Shown: positions 52,081 to 63,607, counted from the stretch's first letter. The stretch is DNA of 64,000 nt from an uncultured delta proteobacterium (GCA_963755715.1 CAVWLW010000076.1:49413-113412); one strand, 5' to 3'. Notes: generated from the sequence alone by a model not told the origin. Translations and numbers: made by a program.

Positions 52081-52179
52081 AGCTTGAGAATTCGCTTGTC
52101 TGTGCCGTATTACGGATACGGTATGTCGTCGTTGGTGTCGTAGGACGGGTCATGTATAAGAACAAGTTATCTCTGTCCA

Positions 52180-53829
52180 GTGACAAAACCTTCGATGTCT
52201 TTCCCATCATCAGCGCCTAGTCCGGACACGCAAAAGCTTTACCCGCTTTATCTCTGCCTCCTATGTTTCATGCTCTATATCTCTGCCCTTGGCATGCGGG
52301 ATTTCTGGGCGCCCGTCGAGCCACGCTATGCCGAGATCGCTCGCGTCATGTTCAGCAAAAACGAATGGATCGTGCCGACGATCAATGGCGATCTCTATAC
52401 CGATAAACCAATTCTTTATTTCTGGTTGGCGCTGATTGGCGCGCGAGTTTTTGGCGCCGTCAACGAATGGACGGTGCGCTTGCCCGCTGCCTTGGGCGGC
52501 GTCGGGTTTGTTTTGGCAACCTACTTATTGGGTCGAGATTTTCTCAACGCCCGAGACGGGATTTATTGGCGCGGCGGTACTGGCGACCAGCATGCGGGTG
52601 GTCTGGGAAGCGCGCTGGGCGCATGTCGACATGGTGTTTTGCGCTTTTTTCGTCTTTGCCGTCTACTTCGGCGCTCGCTCGCTTTTCCACAAAGGCCAGC
52701 CGCACGAGATATTGTTCACTTACCTGTTTCATAGCCCTGGCGACTTTAACCAAGGGGCTGATCGGCGTTGTCCTGCCCGGACTCCTGTTCCTCGCAGTAA
52801 TGCTGGTTCGGCGCGAATGGCGGCTGATTTTTGTGCTAAAGCTCCACCTCGGCTTGCCGCTGTTTTTTTTGATCGCGGCTCCCTGGTTTTACTTAGTAAC
52901 GCGCGCGACCGATGGAAAATGGCTCGCCGACTTTATCTATATTCATCATATCCAGCGCTACACCGCGGGCGCCGGGCATCGCCAACCGTTCTACTATTAT
53001 TTGACCACGCTGCCGGCGGATTTCCTGCCCTGGACGATTTTTCTGATTCCCGCGCTTTTTGCTTTTCGGCCGTATCGCCGTCGATGGGCCGACCCGGTCG
53101 TGCAGTTTTTTGTGCTGTGGTTTTTCTCGGTATTCTTATTTTTTACTTTTTCCGATACGAAGCGCGATTTATATCTGTTGCCCCTGATGCCGACATTGGC
53201 TCTGTTCGTCGGCAGATATTTCGATGATCTGGCGACCGGAAAGATCGCGCTAAGCGCTGCCTATCAAGGACTGACGATCGCTTTCTTTGGCCTCGTCGTC
53301 ATCGCCGGCTTCGCTGTTCCCTGCGCGGCATGGTTCGTCAGGCGCGACGCCTTCGCAGCGGTGTTGCCGACGAGCCTAGTGCTCCTGCTCGGTGGAAGCG
53401 GCGCTGTGTTGTTTTTATGGCGTCGCCGGCCGCTCCAAGCTGCCGGCGTCGATCGCAGCGATGATGGCATTGACTGTGCTTTGCGCCGCGATTTGGCTCA
53501 TGCCCTATTTGGAAAATTTCAAATCGCCGCGCTTGTTCTCCCAGCAAGTGAATCAAATCGTCCCGGCCACGGTTCCGGTTTACGTCTACGCCGACACCAT
53601 GAATGACTTTAATTTCTATACGGCGCGGGACGTTATGCCGATCCTATCGACGCCACTTGCGCTCGATGCCTTGCTCGCACGGGGACAAGGCGGCTATTTA
53701 TTGATCAAGGAACGCGATCTACAGCGCTTACCGAAGCTGCCGCGCAAGTGGATCATCACTTCCGAAGCGAAGAGTAGTACGACCTGGCATCTGGTTGAAA
53801 TCCGCGCGCCAACACCGGAGCATAAATGA
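52180..53829 (+). CDS. ArnT-like GT39/83 glycosyltransferase (frameshifts)
   Basis: EPRYAEIAR, DKPILYFW, LTKG, KRDLYLLP. Confidence 0.85.
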
Positions 53830-53848
53830 ACCCATAGGGTGGTGGTGA

Positions 53849-54289
53849 ATGAAAGGCTTTACGATGATGAAATCGCTCCTTTGGATCGGCGCCGGAGCTT
53901 TGGCAGCCTATTTGGCATGGTGGATTTTGCCGGGTTACTTAGCAAAGAAAGAAGATCCGCGCTCGGCTGCCTACCTCGGCAAAATCGCCGCCGAGATCAA
54001 TCGTTCGGTGCCGGTCATGATCGATAAGGAAACAGAGCTCATGCCGGCCGAAGGACATCAGGGCATGCTAATTTATAATTATCGCTTGGTGGGGTATTCG
54101 GTGAGCCAAGTGAATCCGCAAAAATTTGCTGCTGGGGCCAAGCAAAAGATCGCCCAGGGAGCGTGCAACCAGCCCGAGACACGCGACGACTTTCTCAAAA
54201 AAGGCGTGACCTTGCGCTACGCCTACTATGACAAAGACAAACGACATATTGTGACAGTGGATGTCACGCCTGCTGATTGCGGTTTTTGA
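53849..54289 (+). CDS. Membrane-anchored hypothetical protein, QSregVF/GspS2-like
   Basis: N-terminal TM, PVMIDKET...YNY...C...YxYYD...C pattern. Confidence 0.55.
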   Translation: MKGFTMMKSLLWIGAGALAAYLAWWILPGYLAKKEDPRSAAYLGKIAAEINRSVPVMIDKETELMPAEGHQGMLIYNYRLVGYSVSQVNPQKFAAGAKQKIAQGACNQPETRDDFLKKGVTLRYAYYDKDKRHIVTVDVTPADCGF

Positions 54290-54379
54290 CTGTCCGGACA
54301 TTTTTGCGCGATGGACATTTTTGTCGGCCGTCCGCGGTAAATTTTCCTATGCAAGCACAGAAATCTACGCTCGCCTTAC

Positions 54380-55519
54380 GTGGTATTGATCGTGCGTTTA
54401 CGGCCGGCTGTGACGACGCGAGAGAAAAGCTGGCTGCGCATAATTTTCCTCGGTTTCCTGCTTGTTTTCATCTATATGAGCGGCCTTGTGATACCTGCGT
54501 TCAGTATCGACGCGCTCGACGATGATTGCGCCAATAGCTCGCTTTGGACCGCGACCGATGTCGATCCGCAGGAATCATCGTCGCCGGAAACCGTATCGAA
54601 CGTTATCCTGGTCATGTTGGACGGTGTGCGCTGGCAGGAAATCGCGGCGACGCAAAACCAAAACGCGCCGATATTTTCTTATCTCCACTCCACTTTGTCG
54701 GGCGATGGCCACCTGTTCATGAACGACCGCGTGGCGAATCCTTACAGAGTCAGCTTGCCGGCGTATCAAAGTATCTTCGCCGGCGCGGTTCAGGACTGCG
54801 CTCACAACAAGTGTGGCCGGGTTTCGACCGAGACCTTTCCCGAACGGTTCGTGCGCGAGTTCAAGCTCCATCCCAAAAAAGTTGCGACACTGGCATCTTG
54901 GAACCGGATTGCGTGCGCGGTCGAGAGCAAAGCGAAGACGACGTTCGTCAACGCCGGCGACGAGCCCTTGTTCGATGGTCCGATGGACAGCGAACAGCGC
55001 AACAACAATATGTTGCAAGGAGACAAACAATGGGAGTCGGAACACTATCGTAAAGCAGGTCGGCTGGACGAGCATACCTATCGGCACGCCATAACTTACC
55101 TGCACCGGCATCGGCCGAATTTTATGTTTATCTCGTTTGTCGACGCGGATTTTTACGGTCACCAACGGAATTTTCCCGGTTACACAGAAACGCTGCACCG
55201 GTACGATCAATGGCTCGAAGAATTAATCGAAACGCTGAATACGATGGGGGAGTACGGCCGAAAGACCACCGTGATCATGACCACCGACCATGGCCGCGGT
55301 GCTACTTCTCAGTCATGGGGCGAACACGGTGTCAAAGTTCCCGAGTCGGCGCGGATCTGGACGTACATTCGCCTGCCCCAGGATAGTTCGTTTCACATCG
55401 TTAACAAAACAAAACGTCACACCCACGTCGATCTCCGCCCGACTATCGAGGCATTGCTTGGCTTGCAGCCTCTAGCTTGTGGCGGTTGCGGCGTGAGCTT
55501 CGTAGAAAAGTCATCCTGA
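54380..55519 (+). CDS. Alkaline-phosphatase superfamily protein
   Basis: LDGVRWQE, SLPAY, DFYGH, TDHG; true start probably downstream. Confidence 0.8.
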   Translation: MVLIVRLRPAVTTREKSWLRIIFLGFLLVFIYMSGLVIPAFSIDALDDDCANSSLWTATDVDPQESSSPETVSNVILVMLDGVRWQEIAATQNQNAPIFSYLHSTLSGDGHLFMNDRVANPYRVSLPAYQSIFAGAVQDCAHNKCGRVSTETFPERFVREFKLHPKKVATLASWNRIACAVESKAKTTFVNAGDEPLFDGPMDSEQRNNNMLQGDKQWESEHYRKAGRLDEHTYRHAITYLHRHRPNFMFISFVDADFYGHQRNFPGYTETLHRYDQWLEELIETLNTMGEYGRKTTVIMTTDHGRGATSQSWGEHGVKVPESARIWTYIRLPQDSSFHIVNKTKRHTHVDLRPTIEALLGLQPLACGGCGVSFVEKSS

Positions 55520-55561
55520 AGACGACAATTGGGCGAGATCCTTCACTGCGTTCAGGATGAC
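55510..55561. repeat. REP-like inverted repeat
   Basis: GTCATCCTGAA...TTCAGGATGAC; supplies the stop codon of the upstream gene. Confidence 0.6.
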
Positions 55562-55577
55562 GGTCTCTGCGCGACCG

Positions 55578-56601
55578 TCATTTCAAAATTTCTTTGGCGC
55601 GTGGAATTAGCGCGGGGTCGAGATTGAAGACTTCTTTCACGTTCTTCTCCAGCTCGGCGCCGTCGAGCGGGTTGATGTCGAGCTTTGCTTTGTTCGCGTC
55701 GGCGAGAAATTCGGGATCCTTCATAGTGTCCATGAATGCTTTACGCAGAATCTGCACTCGATCCTTCGGTGTGCCCGGGGGCAGCACATAGGGACGTGCG
55801 GTTGGGCCGACGCTATGAACTAAGGCTTTGATAAGTTTTTGACCCTCGTCAGTTTTGGCATAGTTGATTGCCAGCGGCAATTTTGATTGTTCGGGGTGCG
55901 GTTTGGCGACGTTTTGCAACACGATAACCACGTCGCCCGAACTTAAGCTCCTTGCTCCACGTCGCTTTGAACGATTCCCACGAATTGCAGACCCCCAAAA
56001 TTTCTTGGCTATCAAAGGCGAGGCGAACATCGGCAGTGCCCTTGTAGCCGCTGAGACCAATTGCACCGGCAGGCCGATCGCGACGGCGAGAACTTTTGGA
56101 ATATCATCGGTGGCAGAGCCGGCGCCGACGCCGCCGAGCTTGACCACAGTCTTGGAATTGAGCCATTGCTCGATGCTGGTGATGCCGGTGCTCTTGTGCA
56201 CGCCGAGCATATAGTTGTCCTGCGCCGGCACGCCGATGTATTCAAATTTTCGCGCGTCGAACTCGACGCCGGGCTTGCCGAGCAGTTGCTGTAGGAAAAG
56301 CCCGCCAATGAAATGACCGATGGTCAAGCCGTCGGGTTTGGCGACTTTGTACATATAATTCGCGGAAATCAAAAATCCCGCGCCGGGCATATTATCGACG
56401 ATCAAGACCGGGATTTCCGGGAATGTGTTTGCCCATGTGGCGCGCGATCGTGCGCGAGTACGTGTCGTAGCCGCCGCCTGCGGAAGCGCCGACGATGATG
56501 CGCACCGTTTTGCCCTTATAAAATCCGTCCTGGGCCATGGCCGAAGCGAAATGCAGGAGCGAGAAAAGCGCGCTCAACACTACGCCGATGATTGCCTTCA
56601 T
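55578..56601 (-). CDS. Bug/TctC tripartite transporter substrate-binding protein (frameshifts)
   Basis: GGGYDTYSR, NMPGAG, KPDGLTI, PPGTP. Confidence 0.88.
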
Positions 56602-56640
56602 AGGATCTCCTGAGAACTTTGCCGCTATTTATTTGTCACG

Positions 56641-57663
56641 CTAATTTAGGATTTCTTTCAACTGGTTCACCAGGGATGCATTCATCTTAAAAAGTTGCCC
56701 GACGATCTTTTCGATTTCTTCGCCGGTCAGCGGGTCGGTATCGAGACGCGATTTTTTGGCATCCGCGATAAATTCCGGATCTTTCAAACTGTCGACAAAC
56801 GCTTTGCGCAGCATCTGTACCCGGTCTTTCGCCGTACCCGGTGCGACCGCGTAGGGCCGAGTGATGGCCGACGGATCATGGCCGCCGAACTTGAGCAACA
56901 ATTTGCTGTTCTCGTTGGTTGCGAAATCGATAGCGTTGGGCACCTTGGCTAATTCGGGATGAGGTTGAGCGTTGACCTGCAGCACGACCGCAACGTTGCC
57001 GGAGTCGAGCCCCTGGCGCCAAATCGATTTAATCGACTCCCACTGCCAGCAGCCGCCCGCCACTTCGCCCGCCTCGGCGGCGAGGCGGATTTCAGCCGTG
57101 CCTTTATAGCCGGCGACGAGTTGGATCGGCAGCTTGAGAGCCGCGATCAAAAGCTTCGCCGTGTTGTAGGTTGTATCACCCGGCGCGACGCCGCCGAGCT
57201 TCACCGGGGTCTTGGCGTTTTTCAGGCTATCGAACGTGGTAATGCCGCTGGCTTTGTTGAAGGCGCAGGCGACGTTGTCTTGGGTCGGGATGCCGATATA
57301 TTCGAACTTGCGCGCATCGAACTCGATGCCCGGCTTGCCGATCACCTGATTGATCACTTGGTTGCCGTGAAAGTTGAGAATTGTAAGTCCATCGGGTTTG
57401 GCCACATTATAGACATGATTGGCGGCGACGAGGCTGGCGGCGCCAGGCATGTTTTCGACGACGATCGCCGGGCCGCCTGGAATATGTTTGCCTAGATGGC
57501 GCGCGATCAGACGGGAATAGGTATCAAAGCCGCCGCCCGCGGAAAAGCCGACGATAATTCTAACCGTCTTGCCTTCATAATAGGGCGCGGCCGCATAGGC
57601 CGGTAAGGCAAGCGCAAATGATAACGCGAGCGCGGGCCAGGATCGGAAAAGACTTTGCGCCAT
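56641..57663 (-). CDS. Bug/TctC tripartite transporter substrate-binding protein
   Basis: GGGFDTYSR, ENMPGA, GYKGT; tandem paralog. Confidence 0.9.
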   Translation of the reverse strand: MAQSLFRSWPALALSFALALPAYAAAPYYEGKTVRIIVGFSAGGGFDTYSRLIARHLGKHIPGGPAIVVENMPGAASLVAANHVYNVAKPDGLTILNFHGNQVINQVIGKPGIEFDARKFEYIGIPTQDNVACAFNKASGITTFDSLKNAKTPVKLGGVAPGDTTYNTAKLLIAALKLPIQLVAGYKGTAEIRLAAEAGEVAGGCWQWESIKSIWRQGLDSGNVAVVLQVNAQPHPELAKVPNAIDFATNENSKLLLKFGGHDPSAITRPYAVAPGTAKDRVQMLRKAFVDSLKDPEFIADAKKSRLDTDPLTGEEIEKIVGQLFKMNASLVNQLKEILN

Positions 57664-57725
57664 TCATTACTCCTTATTAACCGGTCGCGGAATTTCCCGC
57701 AATTAACTATCAAATTCACTTTGTG

Positions 57726-58517
57726 TCAACGGTCGCGCAGCAGCTCTGCGCGGAGCTCATCTTCCCACGCACGCGAGCCGTCCGGCGACCAATTGATCTT
57801 AAGATCGCGGATCTCGCCGGGGCGCGCGAATTGTTCTAGCTCGGCCAAAGCTTTGGCTAATACCAGTTCGTGACGCGCCCGTTCGTGCGGCGGCCCGAAA
57901 GTTCTGCCGACCGGATGATCGACGAAGGCCGCCCGCGGCGGCGTGACTTGAGTCATGATATCGTGCGCCGTGCCGATGACCAGAGTCGGAATGCCTTGGC
58001 CTTCGATCACGTGGGCGATGAGACCGACGGTCTCATGGCAAAAAGGTCAATAGGGAACGAGCAAAGCCAAGTCGACCCCGGCTTGCTGCAGTTCTCGGGC
58101 GAGCGCCGGCGCGAGTGCGTTTTCAATTTCTTCATGGCGCCGCACGCCGCCCATGAAAGAGAAGTGAAAGGGCGATAGCGCGCCGATGATTCCTTGCGCG
58201 GCCAGCTTTGCCAAAGCGGCGCGCGGAAACACGATCTCGGGGTCCTGCCTCGGCACTTGGCCGATTCCCGAATGGTGGTCGATAATGATCGCGCCGGCAC
58301 CCGGATCCGCAGGCAAACGGCGATAGCTCAGGTCTTCGCGCGGAATGAAAGGCGCTTGGTCGACCAACCGCAATGCCGCGCTGCTCAGTAAAGCGATGCG
58401 CGATTCGCGCGCCGGTTTACTGAGTCCACACCAGGCCGGCTTCGACGGCGCTGCCAGCACGCGCGGCGGCTTGGGCGCCGAGTGTTGCGCCATGATCGGC
58501 AGGTATTCGAACGGCAT
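57726..58517 (-). CDS. PrdB/GrdB-like selenoprotein B; Sec at TGA 58047-58049
   Basis: RIALLSSA...VDLALLVPY-U-PFCHETVGLIAHVIEGQGIPT...PPRAAFVDHPVG; both ORFs in one frame; SECIS-like hairpin follows. Confidence 0.88.
58018..58036 (-). promoter_or_regulatory. Bacterial SECIS-like hairpin
   Basis: ATGAGACC-GTC-GGTCTCAT starting 11 nt after the UGA, apical G. Confidence 0.75.
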
Positions 58518-58622
58518 GATTTTTTCTCTCCGTGCCGAGACTACTACGCGACTCGGCGGCGCCAATCAAGCGCCGCCGCCGAGAGTGAATTATCAATCCT
58601 ATTATGGTAAGCAATTGCCCTC

Positions 58623-59312
58623 ATGGCCGACGTCGGCGGTAATTATCGAAAGCTCGTCGAGCGCATAGACGAGGCAGCCGCGAAAAGCGGGCGCGACGCG
58701 CGCGCGATCAAATTGCTTGCTGCTGCTAAATCGCAGAGTATTGAGGCGATTCGCGCCGCGCTAGCGGCCGGGGTTACGCTCATCGGCGAGAACTATGTGC
58801 AGGAAGCCGGCGAGAAAAAAAGCGAAATTTCAACGCTGGTCGAATGGCATATGATCGGCCATCTGCAGCGCAACAAAGTCAGGCTCGCGGTCGAGCTGTT
58901 CGACGTGATTGAGTCGCTGGATAATCTAGCGCTGGCGCGAGAGCTCGATAAAGAAGGACGGCGGCGTGGGCAAATCATCCGAGCTTTTGTGGAAATCAAT
59001 CTCGGCGGCGAGGAAAGCAAGAGCGGCATCGCCAAAAATCACGTGGCATCGTTGCTGGAAAGCGTCGCAAAGCTGGCCAATTTGCGAGTCGAGGGACTGA
59101 TGACGGTGCCGCCGTTCAGGCAGGATCCTGAACAAGTGCGGCCGTATTTTCGCGAGCTGCGCGAGCTGAAGGAAAAACTCAGCGAGTCAGGCTTCCCCAA
59201 CGTCGACCTAAAAGAGCTGTCGATGGGCATGACGCACGATTACCCCGTCGCCGTCGAAGAAGGCGCGACGATCGTGCGCATCGGCACAGCGCTCTTTGGC
59301 CCGCGCACGTGA
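58623..59312 (+). CDS. yggS: PLP homeostasis protein
   Basis: GENYVQE, HMIGHLQRNK, LSMGMT, VRIGTALFG. Confidence 0.95.
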   Translation: MADVGGNYRKLVERIDEAAAKSGRDARAIKLLAAAKSQSIEAIRAALAAGVTLIGENYVQEAGEKKSEISTLVEWHMIGHLQRNKVRLAVELFDVIESLDNLALARELDKEGRRRGQIIRAFVEINLGGEESKSGIAKNHVASLLESVAKLANLRVEGLMTVPPFRQDPEQVRPYFRELRELKEKLSESGFPNVDLKELSMGMTHDYPVAVEEGATIVRIGTALFGPRT

Positions 59313-59316
59313 TCGG

Positions 59317-59616
59317 ATGTTTATTTTTACCAATCTGCTGTTCGCTGTGGCTCAGGTTCTCGACTATGTTCTGTGGGCCTATGTCTGGATACTCATCGGC
59401 CGCATCGTGATCTCGTTTGTGCAGGCGGATCACAACAATCCGATTGTGCGCTTTCTCTACAGCGCGACCGAACCGGTGTTGGAGCGAGTGCGCGCGCGCT
59501 TACCGGTGATCGTCGGCGGCTTCGATCTCTCGCCGATCGTTGTTTGGATCGCCGTGATGTTTTTGCAGCATTTTTTGGTCCGCTCGCTTTATGATCTGGC
59601 TCAGACATTAAGATAA
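59317..59616 (+). CDS. yggT: YggT family membrane protein
   Basis: NPIV...TEPVL...FDLSPI. Confidence 0.9.
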   Translation: MFIFTNLLFAVAQVLDYVLWAYVWILIGRIVISFVQADHNNPIVRFLYSATEPVLERVRARLPVIVGGFDLSPIVVWIAVMFLQHFLVRSLYDLAQTLR

Positions 59617-59635
59617 TGCCTTGGAGGGCCGTGAC

Positions 59636-60598
59636 ATGAAATCTCTCTACGCCGCCGATATTCGCGAAAATCAGCCGATCGACGATCTGTTTTTGGTCGC
59701 TCAGAAAAATCACGGCGTCACCAAGGGCGGCAGCAGTTACTTGACTCTCAAGCTGCTCGATCGCAGCGGCGAAATCGAAGCGCGGATATGGGACCGCGCC
59801 GATGATCTGGGACGGGGATTTGAACGCAATGATTTTGTCCGGGTGCGCGGCCAGGCGACGCTGTATCAAGGGAAAATGCAGATCCGGGTGCAGGACGTGA
59901 TGCGCGTCGAAGAATCAAAAGTCGCGGCCGAAGATTTCTTGCCGAAGAGCGCTTTCGAGCCTGACGCCATGCTGGAAGAGCTTCAGTCGATTCTCCGCGC
60001 GATCAAGAATCCGCACCTGCTGGCTCTTGCCGAAGCTTTTTTTGCCGATGCGGAGCTGATGAATCTTTTGAAGCAGGCGCCCGGCGCAAAAACGATCCAT
60101 CATCCTTATTTAAGCGGTTTGCTCGAGCATACGCTCTCGCTGCTCAAGCTGATCCTCAAAGTCGTCGAGAACTATCGCGGCATCGACGTCGATCTCTTGC
60201 TGATCGGCGGCTTTCTTCATGACATAGGCAAAGTCTATGAGTTTTCCTTTGAGCGGGCGGTCGATTACACCGACGCGGGCCAGCTCTTGGGTCATTTGGT
60301 GATGGAAGTCGAGTTGGTCGACCAGAAAATTGCCACGATTCCTGATTTTCCGACGGAACTGGCGCTGCTGGTGAAGCACCTGCTGGTCAGCCATCACGGC
60401 GCCTATGAATTCGGCTCACCCAAGTTGCCGCAGACGGTCGAAGCCGTTATTCTTCATTCACTGGACGATCTTGACGGCAAGATCCAAGCGATTCAAAACT
60501 TGCCGGCAAAGGAGCCGGGCTCGAAATGGACGGTATTTCACCGCGCTTATGGCCGGAGTTTTTATCGCGGCAATTCCGGCGAAAATGGCAGCGAGTAG
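59636..60598 (+). CDS. YhaM-like OB-fold/HD 3'-5' exoribonuclease
   Basis: HHPYLSGLLEH, HDIGK, SHHG. Confidence 0.88.
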   Translation: MKSLYAADIRENQPIDDLFLVAQKNHGVTKGGSSYLTLKLLDRSGEIEARIWDRADDLGRGFERNDFVRVRGQATLYQGKMQIRVQDVMRVEESKVAAEDFLPKSAFEPDAMLEELQSILRAIKNPHLLALAEAFFADAELMNLLKQAPGAKTIHHPYLSGLLEHTLSLLKLILKVVENYRGIDVDLLLIGGFLHDIGKVYEFSFERAVDYTDAGQLLGHLVMEVELVDQKIATIPDFPTELALLVKHLLVSHHGAYEFGSPKLPQTVEAVILHSLDDLDGKIQAIQNLPAKEPGSKWTVFHRAYGRSFYRGNSGENGSE

Positions 60599-60658
60599 AA
60601 ATTGTCAGCTTGTAAAAATTTGCTCTGAAACCGGAGCGTGAATTGGAGGTTCGTTGTC

Positions 60659-62077
60659 GTGAAGAACTTTATCGCCGGGCAATGGATCGATAAGGCGAAA
60701 AAAATCGAAGTGCGCAATCCGTTCGACGATTCGATCATCGACACGGTGCCGAAAGCCGATGCCTGCGATCTGGAGAAGGCTTTGGCCTACGCCGAACGCG
60801 GTGCCAAGGTGATGGCGAAGCTGTCGAGCTACGAGCGCTGGAAGATTTTGCGCAAAGCCGCCGATCTGCTGGCGGCGCGCAACGAGGACTTGGGACAAAC
60901 CATTTCCAAGGAAGAAGGAAAAGTGATCGCCGAGGGACGCGGCGAAGCTAGCCGGGCCGTAGAAACCATGATGGGCTCGGCGGAAGAGGCCAAACGCATC
61001 CACGGCGAGACCGTGCCACTGGACGCGGATCCGACCGGCAGTAAAAAATTCGGCTTCACGTTGCGCGTGCCGTGCGGTGTGGTGGCGGCGATCGCGCCGT
61101 TTAATTTTCCGCTCAATTTAGTCTGCCACAAAGTCGGGCCGGCATTGGCCGCAGGTAATACGGTCATCGTCAAGCCGGCCTCGGATACGCCGCTGTCGGC
61201 GCTCAAGCTCACCGAGATTTTGCTTGAATCGGGCTTGCCGCCGGAAGGGATCCAGTGCATCACCGGATCGGGGGGTGAGATCGGCGACGCTCTGGTCGCG
61301 GACCGCCGCGTGCGCAAAGTAACGTTCACCGGGAGCCGGGAAGTCGGCGATCGCATCTGTCGCACCGCCGGGATCAAAAAAGTCACTATGGAGCTCGGCT
61401 CGAACAGCCCAGTTATTATTATGTCGGACGCCGACCTGGATAAAGTGGCGAACGTCGTGTCCATGACCGGCTATGGCAACGCCGGTCAGACCTGTATCTC
61501 GACGCAGCGAGTTTTGGCGGCAAAAAAAGTATATGGTGATTTTCTCGGCCTGTTGAAACCCAAAGTCGAAGCATTGAGCACAGGCAATCAACTGGACGAG
61601 AAATCGAAAGTCGGACCGATGGTCAAAGAGAGCGAAGCTGTGCGGGTCGATCAGTGGATCAACGAAGCCGTCGGCTCGGGAGCACGCCTGGTTGCCGGTG
61701 GCGGCAGGCGTGGCGCGATTTATCTACCGGCGATCGTCGCCGACGTGCACCCGGATATGCGCATTTCTCGCGACGAATTGTTCGGGCCGGCGGTGGCGGT
61801 GACGCCGTTCGATACCATCGAGGACGCTATAGCTCTAGCAAACGACAGCATCTATGGACTGGCCGCCGGCATATTCACCGAGAACGTCGAATGGGCGATG
61901 AAATTTGCCCGTGAAGCGGAAGCCGGCAACCTGCACGTCAATTGGGGCTCTCAATGGCGCGTCGATCTCATGCCCTACGGTGGTTTGAAAGACTCCGGTT
62001 TTGGCAAAGAAGGCCCGAAGTACGCCGTGCAGGAAATGACGGAATTAAAGATGGTGGTGTTTCATTTGAATGGTTGA
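60659..62077 (+). CDS. Aldehyde dehydrogenase
   Basis: PFNFP, FTGS, ELG, GQTCIS, ELFGP. Confidence 0.93.
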   Translation: MKNFIAGQWIDKAKKIEVRNPFDDSIIDTVPKADACDLEKALAYAERGAKVMAKLSSYERWKILRKAADLLAARNEDLGQTISKEEGKVIAEGRGEASRAVETMMGSAEEAKRIHGETVPLDADPTGSKKFGFTLRVPCGVVAAIAPFNFPLNLVCHKVGPALAAGNTVIVKPASDTPLSALKLTEILLESGLPPEGIQCITGSGGEIGDALVADRRVRKVTFTGSREVGDRICRTAGIKKVTMELGSNSPVIIMSDADLDKVANVVSMTGYGNAGQTCISTQRVLAAKKVYGDFLGLLKPKVEALSTGNQLDEKSKVGPMVKESEAVRVDQWINEAVGSGARLVAGGGRRGAIYLPAIVADVHPDMRISRDELFGPAVAVTPFDTIEDAIALANDSIYGLAAGIFTENVEWAMKFAREAEAGNLHVNWGSQWRVDLMPYGGLKDSGFGKEGPKYAVQEMTELKMVVFHLNG

Positions 62078-62131
62078 GTAAGACAGTAAGAGTTAGAAAC
62101 CTGACATTACGAGGAATGGATTGGACGCTGA

Positions 62132-62854
62132 ATGAGATCTGACGGAAGAAAACCGAGCCAACTTAGACCGCTAAAGATCACGCCGAGCTACATCAAGACC
62201 GCCGACGGTTCGGTATTGATCGAGATGGGCGATACCCGAGTAATCTGCACAGCCAAACTGGAAGAGCGGGTGCCGCCGTTTTTGCGGAACAGCGGCAAGG
62301 GCTGGATCACCGCCGAGTACGGCATGTTGCCGGGCTCGTCCCAGCAGCGCATCGGCCGCGAATCGTCGCGCGGCAAGGTTGGCGGACGAACGCACGAAAT
62401 CCAACGGCTGATCGGGCGTAGCCTGCGCTCCGTCGCTGATCTCAAGAGTCTCGGCGAGCGCTCTGTATGGATCGATTGCGATGTAATTCAAGCCGATGGC
62501 GGCACCCGCACGGCATCGATTACCGGAGCTTATATCGCCTTGATGGAAGCCGTACGTGTCTGGCGTGAGCGCGGCATTCTCAGCGCCGATCCGGTCAAGG
62601 ATGCGGTGGCCGCGGTGAGCATCGGTATTGTCGACGGCAAGATTCTTTTGGATCTTTGCTATGAAGAGGACAGCAAAGCCGATGTCGATATGAATTTTGT
62701 GATGACCGGGTCCGGAAAGTTCATCGAGGTCCAGGGTACGGCTGAGAGCGCGCCTTTTACCAAGAAACAGATGGAACGCATGGCGGAAATCGCCCACCAA
62801 GGCATCAAAGAGCTGCTCCAGGCGCAAAAAAAAGTCATCGCTGCGCTCAGCTGA
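62132..62854 (+). CDS. rph: Ribonuclease PH
   Basis: [19 protein letters not shown]. Confidence 0.96.
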   Translation: MRSDGRKPSQLRPLKITPSYIKTADGSVLIEMGDTRVICTAKLEERVPPFLRNSGKGWITAEYGMLPGSSQQRIGRESSRGKVGGRTHEIQRLIGRSLRSVADLKSLGERSVWIDCDVIQADGGTRTASITGAYIALMEAVRVWRERGILSADPVKDAVAAVSIGIVDGKILLDLCYEEDSKADVDMNFVMTGSGKFIEVQGTAESAPFTKKQMERMAEIAHQGIKELLQAQKKVIAALS

Positions 62855-62866
62855 ACCGATTTTGAC

Positions 62867-63487
62867 GTGATCGAGCTTTTAGTCGCTACCACCAACTCGG
62901 GAAAGTTTGCCGAAGTGCGGGCGTTCTTGAGCAAGCTTCCCCTCAAAATTCTCTCGCTGAAGGATCTAACCGAGCCGCCGACGGTGATCGAAGACGGCGC
63001 GACGTTCGAAGCCAACGCGTGCAAAAAAGCTCGCGCCTTGGCGGAATTTTCCGGCTTGCTCACCTTAGCCGATGATTCGGGATTAGAGGTCGACGCCTTA
63101 AACGGGGCGCCGGGAATCTTTTCGGCACGCTACGCGGGGGAGGAGGGCGATGACGAGCGGAATAATCAAAAGCTGCTGCGCGAATTAGAAAATGTTCCGG
63201 ATGAAAAACGTACGGCGCGCTTTGTCTGCGCCCTGGCGCTGTGCGGGCCCCGATCGAAGAGTGCTCTAGAATGGACCGCGCGCGACTGCTGCGAAGGGCG
63301 GATCGCTTATGCGCTCGCCGGATCGAACGGCTTTGGCTACGATCCGCTATTTTTTTATCCACCATTCAATAAAACTTTTGGCGAGATAGAGCTCGCTATC
63401 AAAGCCACGGTGAGTCATCGCGGCAAAGCGCTGGCGAGCTTGGCCGAGGCACTGCCGTCTTTGATTGATTTGCGCGCAAAACCTTGA
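62867..63487 (+). CDS. rdgB: Non-canonical purine NTP pyrophosphatase
   Basis: ATTNSGK, DDSGL, GFGYDP, SHRG. Confidence 0.95.
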   Translation: MIELLVATTNSGKFAEVRAFLSKLPLKILSLKDLTEPPTVIEDGATFEANACKKARALAEFSGLLTLADDSGLEVDALNGAPGIFSARYAGEEGDDERNNQKLLRELENVPDEKRTARFVCALALCGPRSKSALEWTARDCCEGRIAYALAGSNGFGYDPLFFYPPFNKTFGEIELAIKATVSHRGKALASLAEALPSLIDLRAKP

Positions 63488-63527
63488 TTTCATAGGCTTC
63501 GCGTGTAAAATGACTTCGGTCATTTGA

Positions 63528-63604
63528 CGGGGCGTAGCGCAGCCTGGTAGCGCACCTGCCTTGGGCGCAGGGGGTCGGAAGTTCGAATCTTCTCGCCCCG
63601 ACCA
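63528..63604 (+). tRNA. tRNA-Pro(TGG)
   Basis: Cloverleaf, anticodon TGG, encoded CCA. Confidence 0.93.
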
Positions 63605-63607
63605 TCG

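Noticed and set aside
63399-63605. 68-aa minus-strand ORF
   Set aside because: Antisense to tRNA-Pro and rdgB; a common false call
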